DNA of 60,981 nt from Anaerolineae bacterium. Lineage in GTDB: Bacteria > Chloroflexota > Anaerolineae > Anaerolineales > Villigracilaceae. Shown here piece by piece: positions 28,742 to 38,695 of the stretch; within the stretch, counting starts at the first letter, position 1, and the number at the start of each line of letters is the position of its first letter. The notes under the pieces are model-generated. The model did not search any database and was not told the origin of the DNA. It saw only the letters and a program-made list of their open reading frames with translations. The position numbers and the translations under genes were made by a program. The DNA is taken from the NCBI GenBank assembly GCA_041488995.1, contig JBGPQJ010000001.1:1-60981 (forward strand), in the 5' to 3' direction.

Positions 28742-29587
28742 CTAATACTTGTAAAATCCGCGTCCCGACTTCCTGCCCAGCCAGCCCGCATCCACCATCC
28801 GGCGCAGCAGCGGGGCGGGGCGGTACTTGTCTTCGCCGAGATCGCGCTGCAGCACTTCCATCACGAACAGCACCACGTCCAGCCCGACCAAGTCAGCCAG
28901 GGTCAGCGGTCCCATCGGGTGGTTCATGCCCAGCTTCATGACCGTGTCGATGGCCTCAGGCGTGCCGATTCCCTCCTGCAGGGCAAAAATGGCCTCGTTG
29001 ATCATCGGGCACAAAACCCGGTTGGAGATGAAGCCTGGCGAGTCCTTTGCTTCGACCGGTTCCTTGCCCATCTTGCGGCAGGTATCCATGATGGCGGCGG
29101 TCACTTCATCGGTGGTCGCCAACCCGCGGATCACCTCCACCAATTTCATCAGCGGGACCGGGTTCATGAAATGCATGCCGATGACCAGCTCCGGTCGGCG
29201 GGTGGCCGCGGCGATTCTGGTGATGGAAATGGATGACGTGTTCGAGGCCAGGATGACTCCCGGGCAGGCTTTTTCATCTACCTCGCGGAAAACTTTCAAC
29301 TTCAAGTCTGGGTTCTCCGTCGCCGCCTCGATGACCAGGTCCGCCTCCCCGATGTCTGCCATATCGCCGACGAAGCGGATCTGACCCGCGGCTTCCTTCT
29401 GCGCCGCATCGATTTGCCCCTTTTCCAGTAATTTGGCAGTGGATTTGGCGATGACCGCCCTGGCTTTATCCAGCGCTTCGGGGAACACATCCATGCAAGT
29501 GACGATGAATCCGCTCGTGGCCGCCGTCTGGGCGATGCCGTTGCCCATGGTGCCCGCACCGATGATGAAGAGATGCTTGATGTCCAT
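28742..29587 (-). CDS. hbd: 3-hydroxybutyryl-CoA dehydrogenase
   Basis: IIGAGTMGNGIAQ NAD fold, SNTSS, FMNPVPLMKLVE, and a 3HCDH C-terminal domain. Confidence 0.9.
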   Translation of the reverse strand: MDIKHLFIIGAGTMGNGIAQTAATSGFIVTCMDVFPEALDKARAVIAKSTAKLLEKGQIDAAQKEAAGQIRFVGDMADIGEADLVIEAATENPDLKLKVFREVDEKACPGVILASNTSSISITRIAAATRRPELVIGMHFMNPVPLMKLVEVIRGLATTDEVTAAIMDTCRKMGKEPVEAKDSPGFISNRVLCPMINEAIFALQEGIGTPEAIDTVMKLGMNHPMGPLTLADLVGLDVVLFVMEVLQRDLGEDKYRPAPLLRRMVDAGWLGRKSGRGFYKY

Positions 29588-29619
29588 TATCTGTGTCCTT
29601 CGTTGGAAATCTTTTTTGA

Positions 29620-30822
29620 TTATTCGATTTCAATTGCCATCGCCACGGCTTCCGCGCCGCCCAGGCACAGGCTGGCGATACCGCGCTTCAACCCGCGATC
29701 TTTCAGGGCATGGATCAGTGTGGCAGCAATCCGCGCGCCGCTCGCGCCGATGGGGTGACCCAGCGCGATTGCCCCACCGTTGACATTGACTTTTGCCCAG
29801 TCAAAACCCTGGTCCTGCAGGGCATATCCGTTTGCCAGCACCTGCGCGGCAAAGGCCTCGTTGAGCTCGAACAGATCCACGTCGGTCAGTGTCCAACCAA
29901 TTTTCTGGAGCAGTTTGGGGATGGCGTAGGCCGGGGCAGCGAACAGATACTTTGGTTCGAGCGCAGCCTGCGCGTAGCCAACAATATGTGCCAGGGGTTT
30001 GAGCCCATGTGCCTCAGCATACGCCCGGCTGGCGACCACCATTGCCGCGGCTCCGTCATTCAGGCTGGAGGCATTCCCGGCGGTGACCTTACCGTCCGGT
30101 TTGAAGGAGGGCTTGAGCTTTGACAGCGACTCGAGCGACGAATCCCGCCGCGGTCCTTCGTCGGTGGTCACCACGGTCACTTCACCTTTGCGTCCCGGGA
30201 TTTCCACCGGCACGATCTCATCCTTGAATTTTCCCGCATCCATGGCTGCGACGGCTTTCTGGTGGCTGCCGGCTGCATATTGGTCCATGGCTTCGCGGGT
30301 GACTTCGTACTCATCCGCGATGAACTCAGCTGCCATCCCCATGGCCCAGTTCTCGAACGGATCCCAAAGGCCATCGTGGACGAGAGCATCCTTCATTTCA
30401 ACGTGCCCGTAGCGCATCTCGCCTGTCCGCCCAGGGACAAGATAAGGGGCGCGTGACATGGATTCCATCCCGCCGGCAACAAACAACTGCCCATCCCCGG
30501 CGCGAACCGCCTGAGCGGCGGACATCGCCGCCTTTAACCCCGAGCCGCAGACTTTGTTGAAGGTGGTGGCTCCTACGGTAAACGGCAATCCCGAAAAGAT
30601 GGCTGCCTGGCGGGCGGGCGCCTGCCCGACACCTGCCTGAACCACGTTACCCATCAGCACCTCGTCAACCTCATCCAGCTTGGAAAGCCCGGCACGCTCA
30701 ACAGCAGCTTTGATGGCAATTGCACCCAGCTTCGGTGCGGGGATTCCGCTGAACGCACCCTGGAATTTACCGACCGGCGTCCGGACTGCACTCAGGATGA
30801 CTGCTTCAGTTTCCTTGCTCAT
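29620..30822 (-). CDS. acetyl-CoA C-acetyltransferase (thiolase II)
   Basis: VCGSGLKA active-site Cys, NEAFAAQ, GGAIALGHPIGASGARI, and CLGGAEAVA at the C-terminus. Confidence 0.92.
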   Translation of the reverse strand: MSKETEAVILSAVRTPVGKFQGAFSGIPAPKLGAIAIKAAVERAGLSKLDEVDEVLMGNVVQAGVGQAPARQAAIFSGLPFTVGATTFNKVCGSGLKAAMSAAQAVRAGDGQLFVAGGMESMSRAPYLVPGRTGEMRYGHVEMKDALVHDGLWDPFENWAMGMAAEFIADEYEVTREAMDQYAAGSHQKAVAAMDAGKFKDEIVPVEIPGRKGEVTVVTTDEGPRRDSSLESLSKLKPSFKPDGKVTAGNASSLNDGAAAMVVASRAYAEAHGLKPLAHIVGYAQAALEPKYLFAAPAYAIPKLLQKIGWTLTDVDLFELNEAFAAQVLANGYALQDQGFDWAKVNVNGGAIALGHPIGASGARIAATLIHALKDRGLKRGIASLCLGGAEAVAMAIEIE

Positions 30823-30900
30823 GATTCCTCCTGTTTGGTTTCATTGGCCAGTTCGTAAAACTCATTTTGAATTGGATATCAGTGTGAGAACGTGCCCTGG

Positions 30901-31587
30901 TCAAACGACTGCCTTCCGCCTCTCCAACCATTTGAGGGCTTCGCGTTTGCTGAGCGGATGAAGGGGAGTCTGCGCCACAAAGTTGCGCACCCCCTGTGGG
31001 TCAACACGGGAATACTGCCTTAACGCCCAGCCGATGGCTTTGTTGATAAAGAACTCCTTTGAACCGAGATTGTCACAGATCAGGTCGCACAAAAGGGGGA
31101 AATCGGTATCCTTTTTGTATCCCAGTTGAAAGAGCAGGGTGGTTCGCCTCAGCCAGATGTTCTCCGACTTGCGCCAGAGTGCCACGTATTTTTCCTTGAC
31201 GCGGGGATAGCGGCTGAAGTGCGTCCCGACTGGACCACCAGCGATGCTGTCCACCGTATCCCACCAGGATTTGGTCACCAACAGGTATTCCATCACAAGG
31301 ATGAAATCCGGCGGCAGTTCCTTTGACATCCTGCCCAAAATCCCTACCGCCACGTATTGATACTCGCGCTCCGTCAGCGTCCACAGGTCGCGCAGGATTT
31401 CTTCCAGGTCAGCGAGTTCCGGCAATCCATGCTCGGCAATGAACATCCTGTTGAGTTCAGTACTCTTAGGCGTCTGGATGCCCAGATATTCAAACTGGTT
31501 GCGCATGTACGCCTTCATCGGCGCTGCTTTCAAGGGGTCGGCGTGCTGCTGATACAGCTTTTGCAGGGATTTGGCGTATGGATGCAT
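30901..31587 (-). CDS. DNA alkylation repair protein (AlkD-like HEAT-repeat glycosylase family)
   Basis: Start set at MHPYAKS (ATG 31587, GAGGA 10 nt upstream); the track extends to 31659. I recognise the helical-repeat sequence with the conserved W/R pattern (WWDTVD, WLRR, INKAIGWALR). Confidence 0.7.
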   Translation of the reverse strand: MHPYAKSLQKLYQQHADPLKAAPMKAYMRNQFEYLGIQTPKSTELNRMFIAEHGLPELADLEEILRDLWTLTEREYQYVAVGILGRMSKELPPDFILVMEYLLVTKSWWDTVDSIAGGPVGTHFSRYPRVKEKYVALWRKSENIWLRRTTLLFQLGYKKDTDFPLLCDLICDNLGSKEFFINKAIGWALRQYSRVDPQGVRNFVAQTPLHPLSKREALKWLERRKAVV

Positions 31588-31740
31588 CGTGCGGTGATCC
31601 TCTTGATGCCAGGCTTTTGTTTCTGACTTTACTATAACCCGGATTGGTTTTAAGGACAATATTTCTTTACGAGTAAAATAATAAAAGAACAGGCTCTGGA
31701 GGTTTTCTACCAGAGCCTGTTGGATTTCAGATTTTGCGGA

Positions 31741-32988
31741 TTATTTGGAGCCTGCCGGTGCGTAAAAGCGCGCCAGCCACATGCCAGGCTCTTTTTCCTC
31801 CACATAGGAGGCGGGGGTCATCACATGCACCCAGGTATGTCCCGGTTTGAGGGCGATCGGGTTTCCATCCGCATCCACAAAGTGGATGGGTCGTCGCAGC
31901 CCGGTTTCTTTCTCGTAATCGCCGCTGACAGTGCTCCAGTAGATGGGGGTCATCTGTCCATCACGGAAAAGGTAGGCTTTGCCCATGTTGCCGATGCCCA
32001 GCTGGATATCGATGATGGTCGGTTTCACAGCTTTATGCGGCGCGATCAACACGATAACATTTTCAAAGTGGAGCTGCTCTCCGGTTAACCGGTCGGTGGC
32101 GGGATAAAATTTGCCGGAGCCATCGGCTTTATCTTCGAAACGCAGGTAGGTTGCGGCAGAGGGGTCATACTGCCACTGGGCCTGATTCTTGTAGCTGTAA
32201 AAGATATTCAGTTTCTCGGCAGTCTGCCCACTGGTGAGGGGACTCGGATCGAACAGGTTGCCTGTGTAATTGAACGGATTCCCGTTGTCACTCTGGGCGG
32301 CGATTTCCTGCATGCGGGTGACGTTGAGCAGGGCGCTATTGATGTTATTGGCGTCGCTGCCGTAGACGATCGCGCAGCCGCGCAGCTTGGCGCGCAATTC
32401 CTCGGTGGCGCTGGCGTAAACCAGGCAGGAATTCTGGAAGAAATCACGGATGTAAACATAGGGCAGGCGCCCGGAGCGGATGGGACCAATCTCCGGCGCG
32501 GGGCTCTGATCGCCATTCCCGGTGCCCTGGTCCCCGGCTTTCGGGTATTCGCCGTAAAAAACAGTCAGGAAGCGCGTCATCCCTTCGGAGATGTAAATCT
32601 CAAAGACGAAGGGTGAAAATGAAAGCCCGGCTTGCGGACGCGCCGACGCAGGGAAATTCGTAATGGACACCAGCACTGCCGGAATGTCCAGGAAAGAAGG
32701 ATCACTGGCTGGCAACCCTGTCAACGGGTTGATCCCCTGAGGAAAATCCTCGAGGTCGGGGCCTAGCTGCTCGGTGACCTTGGTGGGTTCTTCCACTGGT
32801 ACAGGAGTGGGCGTCGGGGCGGTAGGCTCCACCGGGGAGAGGACAGGGGCTGTATCGATTTTGATTGATTCTGGCACTGTTTTGTCAGCCAGCGGGTCAT
32901 TAGCCTCCGCGTAGATGGCCGGTGCGCAGGCTGAAAAAAAGAAAGTACCGATCAACATCAGGCTCAGGATGACGTATATTTTTCTCAT
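31741..32988 (-). CDS. DUF3048 domain lipoprotein
   Basis: Lipobox (FFFSAC) and a Pro/Thr linker. IRSGRLPY and the overall layout fit DUF3048. Confidence 0.7.
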   Translation of the reverse strand: MRKIYVILSLMLIGTFFFSACAPAIYAEANDPLADKTVPESIKIDTAPVLSPVEPTAPTPTPVPVEEPTKVTEQLGPDLEDFPQGINPLTGLPASDPSFLDIPAVLVSITNFPASARPQAGLSFSPFVFEIYISEGMTRFLTVFYGEYPKAGDQGTGNGDQSPAPEIGPIRSGRLPYVYIRDFFQNSCLVYASATEELRAKLRGCAIVYGSDANNINSALLNVTRMQEIAAQSDNGNPFNYTGNLFDPSPLTSGQTAEKLNIFYSYKNQAQWQYDPSAATYLRFEDKADGSGKFYPATDRLTGEQLHFENVIVLIAPHKAVKPTIIDIQLGIGNMGKAYLFRDGQMTPIYWSTVSGDYEKETGLRRPIHFVDADGNPIALKPGHTWVHVMTPASYVEEKEPGMWLARFYAPAGSK

Positions 32989-32998
32989 AGGTTTCTCC

Positions 32999-33496
32999 TT
33001 ACTTATAAAATTCTATCCAGGCTGTGCGGACGCGTGTGTATGTCTCATCGATCGTCTCTGGCAGGACGCGCACCTCGCCCACAGAGGACATGAAGTTGGT
33101 GTCTCCCGTCCAGCGCGGTACGATGTGCAGGTGGACATGCCCCGGCACACCCGCGCCTGCCGCTTCGCCGATGTTCGCGCCGACGTTGAAGGCTTGTGGC
33201 TGGTAGACCTGTTTTAGCGTGACAATGCACTGCGAGACCAATTCCATCATCTCCGCGCGTGTGGCTGCACTGAGCTCTTCCAGATTGGCTTTATGGTCAT
33301 AAGGCGCGACCATCATATGCCCGCTCGTGTAGGGAAACAGATTCAATAGGGCGAACGCCACCTTGCCGCGGGCAATGACGAGATTGGCCGGGCTGTCTTC
33401 CTTGGTGAGCGCATTGCAGAAGACACATCCGCCTTCCTCGTTACCTTTCGTGTTCTGGATGTATTTCATGCGCCAGGGTGAAAAGAGTCGTTTCAA
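32999..33496 (-). CDS. HIT family protein (GalT/Ap4A-phosphorylase-like branch)
   Basis: Histidine triad HVHLHIVPRW. An N-terminal CxxC (CVFC) is typical of this branch. Confidence 0.85.
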   Translation of the reverse strand: MKRLFSPWRMKYIQNTKGNEEGGCVFCNALTKEDSPANLVIARGKVAFALLNLFPYTSGHMMVAPYDHKANLEELSAATRAEMMELVSQCIVTLKQVYQPQAFNVGANIGEAAGAGVPGHVHLHIVPRWTGDTNFMSSVGEVRVLPETIDETYTRVRTAWIEFYK

Positions 33497-33605
33497 GAAG
33501 TCTTACCTTTCTGGATTGTAGCAAATAATGAGCTTGAATCTCGGCACTAACAAAAATGTATATTGAATGGGATTAATATGTTTTGAAAGCCAGGAAAATA
33601 TATTG

Positions 33606-33634
33606 TTGACATGCAACTGCAACAAGAGTATCCT
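33606..33634 (+). promoter_or_regulatory. candidate sigma70-type promoter placing the xseA ATG at or near the transcript 5' end
   Basis: TTGACA (33606-33611), a 17-nt spacer, then TATCCT (33629-33634). Only 6 nt separate the -10 from ATG 33641, and there is no SD. Confidence 0.4.
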
Positions 33635-33640
33635 CATCAC

Positions 33641-34873
33641 ATGAGCCAGATCCCGCTTTTTGAGACTGCGCCGCACTGGACCGTCACCGAACTGACCCGT
33701 TATCTGCGCCAGGTGCTCGAGTCTGACTCTGCCTTGCAGGATGTGTGGGTGCAGGGGGAGGTCTCCAATTTCTCGCGCCCATCTTCCGGGCATCTCTATT
33801 TTACACTCAAAGATTCCAAATCGTCACTGCGCTGTGTAGTATGGAAGACCGATGCCTTGCGCCTGCGCATGACTCTGCAGGACGGCATGGCGGTGGAAGC
33901 ACACGGCACCATCAGTGTATATGAAGTCGGGGGGCAGTATCAGCTCTACGTCAATCTTATTAAACCGATCGGGGAGGGTGCGCTTTACCAGGAGTTCTTG
34001 CGGCTGAAGGCGCTGCTGGAGGCGGAGGGATTGTTCGATCCGTCGCACAAACGCCCCATCCCGGATATGCCTCGGCGGATCGGGATCATCACGTCGCCTA
34101 CCGGCGCTGCCTTGCGGGATATGCTTAACACACTTCGCCGCAGGCTGCCGCTGGCAGAAGTGATCCTAGCCCCGTCGCCCGTGCAAGGAGATGAGGCCCC
34201 TGCGCGCCTGGCGGCGGCATTGCATAATCTGAATTTGAAAGTCAACCTGGATGTGATCCTGTTGGCGCGCGGTGGAGGGTCAATCGAAGACCTGTGGGCG
34301 TTCAACGACGAGCGTGTGGTGCGGGCGGTGGCTGCGTCGCAAGTCCCGGTCATCTCCGGTGTTGGACATGAGACTGATTTCACTCTGACTGATTTTGCCG
34401 CTGACTTACGCGCTCCCACCCCCACCGCCGCTGCGGAACTGGCGACTCCCATCACAGTCGACGATTTGAAATATGCGGTCGGACAAGCGGAGGACAGGCT
34501 GCTTGAATCAGTTCAATCCATGCTGGAACGCCAGCGAAGCAATCTTGGCACCCTCAATTTCCGCCTGCGACAATTCTCTCCCGCGCGGCGCCTGCAGACT
34601 GACCGCCAACGGGTGGACGAGATGAACCACCGGATTGAGACGGCAATCCGTCACAGGCTGGAATTATCCCTCCTGCGTGTACAGGCGCTGGGTCAACGGC
34701 TGAAAGCGCTCAACCCGTTGGAAGTATTGAGGCGAGGCTATGCGGTTGTTAATCGTTCAAGGGATGGAAAGCTCGTCCATTCCGTGAAGCAGGTGAAGCG
34801 TGGTGATGACCTGCGAGTCCGCGTGACAGACGGAACTTTCGAAGTGAACGTCGCGAATATAGTAGACGGTTAA
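33641..34873 (+). CDS. xseA: exodeoxyribonuclease VII large subunit
   Basis: OB-fold N-terminus (VWVQGEVSNFSRPSSGHLYFTLKD), catalytic core (RGGGSIEDLWAFNDE, GHETD) and a coiled-coil tail. The track start at 33611 lies inside the putative -35 box. Confidence 0.88.
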   Translation: MSQIPLFETAPHWTVTELTRYLRQVLESDSALQDVWVQGEVSNFSRPSSGHLYFTLKDSKSSLRCVVWKTDALRLRMTLQDGMAVEAHGTISVYEVGGQYQLYVNLIKPIGEGALYQEFLRLKALLEAEGLFDPSHKRPIPDMPRRIGIITSPTGAALRDMLNTLRRRLPLAEVILAPSPVQGDEAPARLAAALHNLNLKVNLDVILLARGGGSIEDLWAFNDERVVRAVAASQVPVISGVGHETDFTLTDFAADLRAPTPTAAAELATPITVDDLKYAVGQAEDRLLESVQSMLERQRSNLGTLNFRLRQFSPARRLQTDRQRVDEMNHRIETAIRHRLELSLLRVQALGQRLKALNPLEVLRRGYAVVNRSRDGKLVHSVKQVKRGDDLRVRVTDGTFEVNVANIVDG

Positions 34874-34884
34874 GAGAGGTGGAT

Positions 34885-35115
34885 ATGGCAAAACAAAAAC
34901 TAGTGGCTGCTCTCTCGTTTGAAGAAGCTTCTTCAGAACTGGAAACCCTTGTCGCGACTCTTGAAAGCGAGCAGAAATCTCTGGAAGAAACAATGGCGCT
35001 GTTTGAACGCGGGCAAGCGCTGATCAAACGCTGTGCGGAGTTGCTCGACAAAGCTGAGCTCAAAGTAAAACATCTCACGGGTGATGATTTGACCAAGTTC
35101 GAGGATGAAACATAA
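34885..35115 (+). CDS. xseB: exodeoxyribonuclease VII small subunit
   Basis: SFEEASSELETLVATLES...LEETMALFERGQALIKRC is the canonical XseB helical hairpin. An alternative GTG start lies at 34879. Confidence 0.85.
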   Translation: MAKQKLVAALSFEEASSELETLVATLESEQKSLEETMALFERGQALIKRCAELLDKAELKVKHLTGDDLTKFEDET

Positions 35116-35576
35116 TGTCGTCGTCCAACATTCAGACTATTTTCCGGAATGAAATCCTGTTGATTGCGTTTATCACCTGGGCGATCGCGCAGGCTGTCAA
35201 GCCATTTATTGGTTACCTGATCACCCGCACATTTGATTGGCGGATGTTCTTCAGCACAGGCGGTATGCCCAGTTCACATGCCACCCTGGTGACTTCCGTG
35301 GCGATCGGGGTGGGTTTGATCGTTGGGTGGGCAACACCCTTGTTTGCGGTGGCTGCGGTATTGGCAGTGGTGGTGATTTATGATGCGGCAGGTGTGCGCC
35401 GGCAGGCTGGCATCCATGCCCAGACGATCAATGTACTTGTGCAGGAGGTCCTTCAGGGACACCCGATCTCAGAAACTCAATTACGTGAAGTACTCGGGCA
35501 TACGCCCATCGAAGTTTTTGGCGGAGTACTGTGGGGGAGCATTGCGACATTCACCCTGTGGTATGTGTGGCGATGA
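35115..35576 (+). CDS. divergent PAP2 family (DUF212) membrane protein
   Basis: ATG overlaps the xseB stop (TAATG). GGMPSSHATLV and YDAAGVRRQAG motifs. Confidence 0.8.
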   Translation: MSSSNIQTIFRNEILLIAFITWAIAQAVKPFIGYLITRTFDWRMFFSTGGMPSSHATLVTSVAIGVGLIVGWATPLFAVAAVLAVVVIYDAAGVRRQAGIHAQTINVLVQEVLQGHPISETQLREVLGHTPIEVFGGVLWGSIATFTLWYVWR

Positions 35577-35603
35577 ATTGATTCGAACCAGGAAATAACA
35601 GCG

Positions 35604-35632
35604 AATCCCCGCTCCTTGAACGGGGATTTTTT
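35604..35632 (+). terminator. intrinsic terminator
   Basis: AATCCCCG-loop-CGGGGATT followed by TTTTT, between convergent genes. Confidence 0.55.
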
Positions 35633-35659
35633 ATTAGATGACACGATATATCAATTGTT

Positions 35660-37237
35660 CTACTTCGCGAATCGCTGCTGGAGATAGCCGAGCAGGGTAC
35701 GGACCTCGGGGACGCGCAGTATGACCAGACTGAGACCGTAAGCCATACCACCCAGGGTGATTCCTCCCAACCCCACCAGCCACAAATTCATTTCACCGCT
35801 CAATTGCAGCCAAACGACGAGCACCGCACCCATTCCCACGCTGGTGATGGCTGCGATGAAGAATCCCCGCGCGATGCGCGTACCCTGGATTCCATTCATC
35901 CGGCGGCGCATGATGATAAAGAGTGTTATAGCCTCCAACGCAGTCGCCAGTGAATTAGCCAGCGCCAGCCCGCCGAGCGGAATCCAGCCAATTTTAGAAA
36001 ACAATGCCGAAAAAGCAAAACTAAAAATGACATTCAACCCCATCGCGATGGCGCCGATGACGACCGGCGTCCTGGTGTCGTGAAATGCATAAAAAGCTCG
36101 CGAAAGGATTTCCAGCACCGAGTGGCCGACCAGACCGGCAGCGAACCACAACAGCGCCCAGGCGGTCATTGCGACGTATTGCCGGGTGAACGCTCCGCGC
36201 TCCAGCAGCATCGAGACAATCGGTTCGCGCAGCAGGATCAGGCCCAGGGAAGCCGGCAGCGCCAGGAATATCACGCCCCGCAACGTCGCAGCCAGCGAGG
36301 AGCGGATTTCATCAATCTGGTTCCGTGCCACCTGGGCGGAAAAGGTTGGCATGGCAGCGGTCGCGATGGACTGGGCAATCACCGCCTGCGCCATCAGCAT
36401 CAATGTGAAGCCATAGGTCAGCGTGGTCACGCTGCCTTCCACCATCCATGACGCCAGCCAGATGTTGACCCAAAAGTTGATCTGTACCACTGCGACGCCG
36501 AGGATGCGGGGTCCCATCAGGCGCAGGACTTCCCGGACAGCCGGGTTGTCCAATCCAAACCCGGGCAGGTAAGTCCGCCCTTTGAGTCGAAGAAGGGCAG
36601 GGACCTGGATCAACAGGTGCAGGCTCGCGCCTAATAAAACACCCCAGGCGAGGCCGTCCACCCCCAGGGTTGGCGCAAAAAACAACACGCCGATGATGAT
36701 GCCAATCGAATACAGGGACGGCGCGAGGGCGGGGACCAGAAACACCTGGTGGGAGTTGAGGATGCCCATCAGCAAACCGCTCAGCCCGAAGAGTACCGCC
36801 GAGGGAAGCATGATGCGCAGCAGATGGATGGTGAGCTGCTCGCGCGCCGGGTCACTGGCGAAGCCGGATACCAGAAAATAGCGGACGATCTGCGGTGCGA
36901 AGAAAGTCGCGATCAATGCCAGCAGGCTCAGGGTGAGCGTGACTAGGTTCCCGATCCCGGATGCCAGCCGCCAGGCGGACTCGCGGTCCTCCTTGACCAA
37001 AAATCCGGTAAAGGTGGGGATGAACGCCGAGCTGAGCGCGCCGCCCGCCACGAGCACGAACAGCGTCTCCGCCACACGGTTGGCGGCGATGTATGGATCG
37101 AGCGCGGTCCCGGCATCGAAAGCCCCGGCGACCAGGATGCTCCGTACCAGGCCGGTGATCTGACTCAGCACCAGGGCGAACATCACTGTCCCGGCGGCGC
37201 GGGCAATCTGGCGGTTGGCGGAGGATTGTTCAGTCAC
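35660..37237 (-). CDS. murJ: lipid II flippase MurJ
   Basis: 525 aa, about 14 TM helices. The N-terminal region (AAGTVMFALVLSQITGLVRSILVAGAFDAG) and the MOP/MVF layout fit MurJ. Confidence 0.88.
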   Translation of the reverse strand: MTEQSSANRQIARAAGTVMFALVLSQITGLVRSILVAGAFDAGTALDPYIAANRVAETLFVLVAGGALSSAFIPTFTGFLVKEDRESAWRLASGIGNLVTLTLSLLALIATFFAPQIVRYFLVSGFASDPAREQLTIHLLRIMLPSAVLFGLSGLLMGILNSHQVFLVPALAPSLYSIGIIIGVLFFAPTLGVDGLAWGVLLGASLHLLIQVPALLRLKGRTYLPGFGLDNPAVREVLRLMGPRILGVAVVQINFWVNIWLASWMVEGSVTTLTYGFTLMLMAQAVIAQSIATAAMPTFSAQVARNQIDEIRSSLAATLRGVIFLALPASLGLILLREPIVSMLLERGAFTRQYVAMTAWALLWFAAGLVGHSVLEILSRAFYAFHDTRTPVVIGAIAMGLNVIFSFAFSALFSKIGWIPLGGLALANSLATALEAITLFIIMRRRMNGIQGTRIARGFFIAAITSVGMGAVLVVWLQLSGEMNLWLVGLGGITLGGMAYGLSLVILRVPEVRTLLGYLQQRFAK

Positions 37238-37295
37238 GGTAGGGGATTATAACAGGCGGGGATGCCTATTTTTCAAGCGATGATGAAGACGTATA

Positions 37296-38495
37296 ATGGG
37301 TGAAGAAAATGACAGGAATCCGGATGTAATATTTACCGATTTTAGGTTATCCCATAACTCAACTTCTATAACGAAGGGAAAATCTCCGTTGCATAAGCTT
37401 CTGCGCATTTTCGCCCTCACCATCTTTTTGTTCGTTGTTGCCTGCACATCCACCGAAACTCCGGTGGGGATCCCGCCGTCCAGCTTGCCCACTTCTCAGG
37501 TTCCCGTGGAGATCCCGCTGAAAGTCGGGTATGGCGCGCGGGGCGACTGGTACGCTATCTATTTCACCGACCCCGCCAATCCCTTTTCGTCGCAGCTCAA
37601 CGGCGGCGTGGACGGTCCGCTGGTCGCGGCGATTGACTCCGCCCGGCAGAGAGTGGATGTCGCCGCGTACAGCCTGAGCCTGAACAGCGTGCGCAATGCA
37701 TTAATCGATGCCCACCGGCGCGGTGTCACGGTCCGTATGGTGATGGAAAGCGAGAACATGGATAACTCTGATCCGCAGAAACTAGTCGAAGCGGGAATAC
37801 CTGTGGTGGGTGACCGGCGCGAAGGACTCATGCACGATAAATTCGTGGTGATCGACCGGGCTGAAGTGTGGACCGGTTCAATGAACTTCACGGACAGCGG
37901 TGCCTATACCGACAATAATAATCTTGTCCGTATCCGTTCTTCCCAGATCGCTGAGAACTACACCCGCGAATTTGAAGAGATGTTCAAGGACGACATCTTT
38001 GGTCCCGAACCGGGGGCCTCCACACCCAATCCGTTGGTGCTTATAGATGGAACGCTCGTGGATAATTACTTCTCTCCCGATGACGGCGCGGCAAAGCGGA
38101 TCACCGAACTGCTCAATAATGCCAGCGAGAGCATCTACTTCCTTGCCTACTCATTTACAAACGATGAATTCGGGCAGGTGCTCATCCAAAAAGCCGGGAG
38201 CGGCCTCACGGTGTCCGGGGTCATGGAGCAGGAGCAGGTCACCTCCAACCAGGGCACGGAGTATGATCCACTCAGCCAGGCGGGCATCGCTGTCAGGCTG
38301 GATGGCAACCCAGATTTGATGCATCACAAGGTATTCATCATTGACGGGAAGGTGGTTATCCTGGGTTCGTACAATTTCAGTTACAGCGCTGAAAACACCA
38401 ACGATGAGAACGTGCTGATCATTTTCAATTCGCAGATCGCCCAGTTGTACCTGCAGGAGTTCCAGCGGGTGTACAACCAGGCTCGACAACCCTGA
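37296..38495 (+). CDS. phospholipase D family protein with two HKD motifs, probable lipoprotein
   Basis: LMHDKFVVIDRAEVWTGSMNFT and MHHKVFIIDGKVVILGSYNFS. Lipobox FLFVVAC. An in-frame TTG at 37389 would give a cleaner signal peptide. Confidence 0.8.
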   Translation: MGEENDRNPDVIFTDFRLSHNSTSITKGKSPLHKLLRIFALTIFLFVVACTSTETPVGIPPSSLPTSQVPVEIPLKVGYGARGDWYAIYFTDPANPFSSQLNGGVDGPLVAAIDSARQRVDVAAYSLSLNSVRNALIDAHRRGVTVRMVMESENMDNSDPQKLVEAGIPVVGDRREGLMHDKFVVIDRAEVWTGSMNFTDSGAYTDNNNLVRIRSSQIAENYTREFEEMFKDDIFGPEPGASTPNPLVLIDGTLVDNYFSPDDGAAKRITELLNNASESIYFLAYSFTNDEFGQVLIQKAGSGLTVSGVMEQEQVTSNQGTEYDPLSQAGIAVRLDGNPDLMHHKVFIIDGKVVILGSYNFSYSAENTNDENVLIIFNSQIAQLYLQEFQRVYNQARQP

Positions 38496-38522
38496 CGACC
38501 CATTGAGTCCCGTCAACCAGCG

Positions 38523-38558
38523 GTGGAGTGAAGATAACCTTCGCTCCACTTTGTGTTT
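38523..38558 (+). terminator. intrinsic terminator after the PLD gene
   Basis: 11-bp stem GTGGAGTGAAG / CTTCGCTCCAC (one G-U pair), a 5-nt loop, then TTTGTGTTT. Confidence 0.6.
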
Positions 38559-38695
38559 AAGAGGAATTCCATTACCCAAGCATTGATGCGCTATCGCAGG
38601 AAAAAAGAAGAATCGACGGTTTGAGCCCATAACTTTTTGACATACTGAGCGACAAATTAGATGAAACCTATCAACAGAAGTTTAAGGAGAGAAAA

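Noticed and set aside
28207-29384. Plus-strand ORFs of 158-195 aa overlapping the membrane-protein and hbd genes
   Set aside because: They are antisense shadows (His/Arg/Gln/Asp-rich). The opposite-strand genes have clear family motifs.
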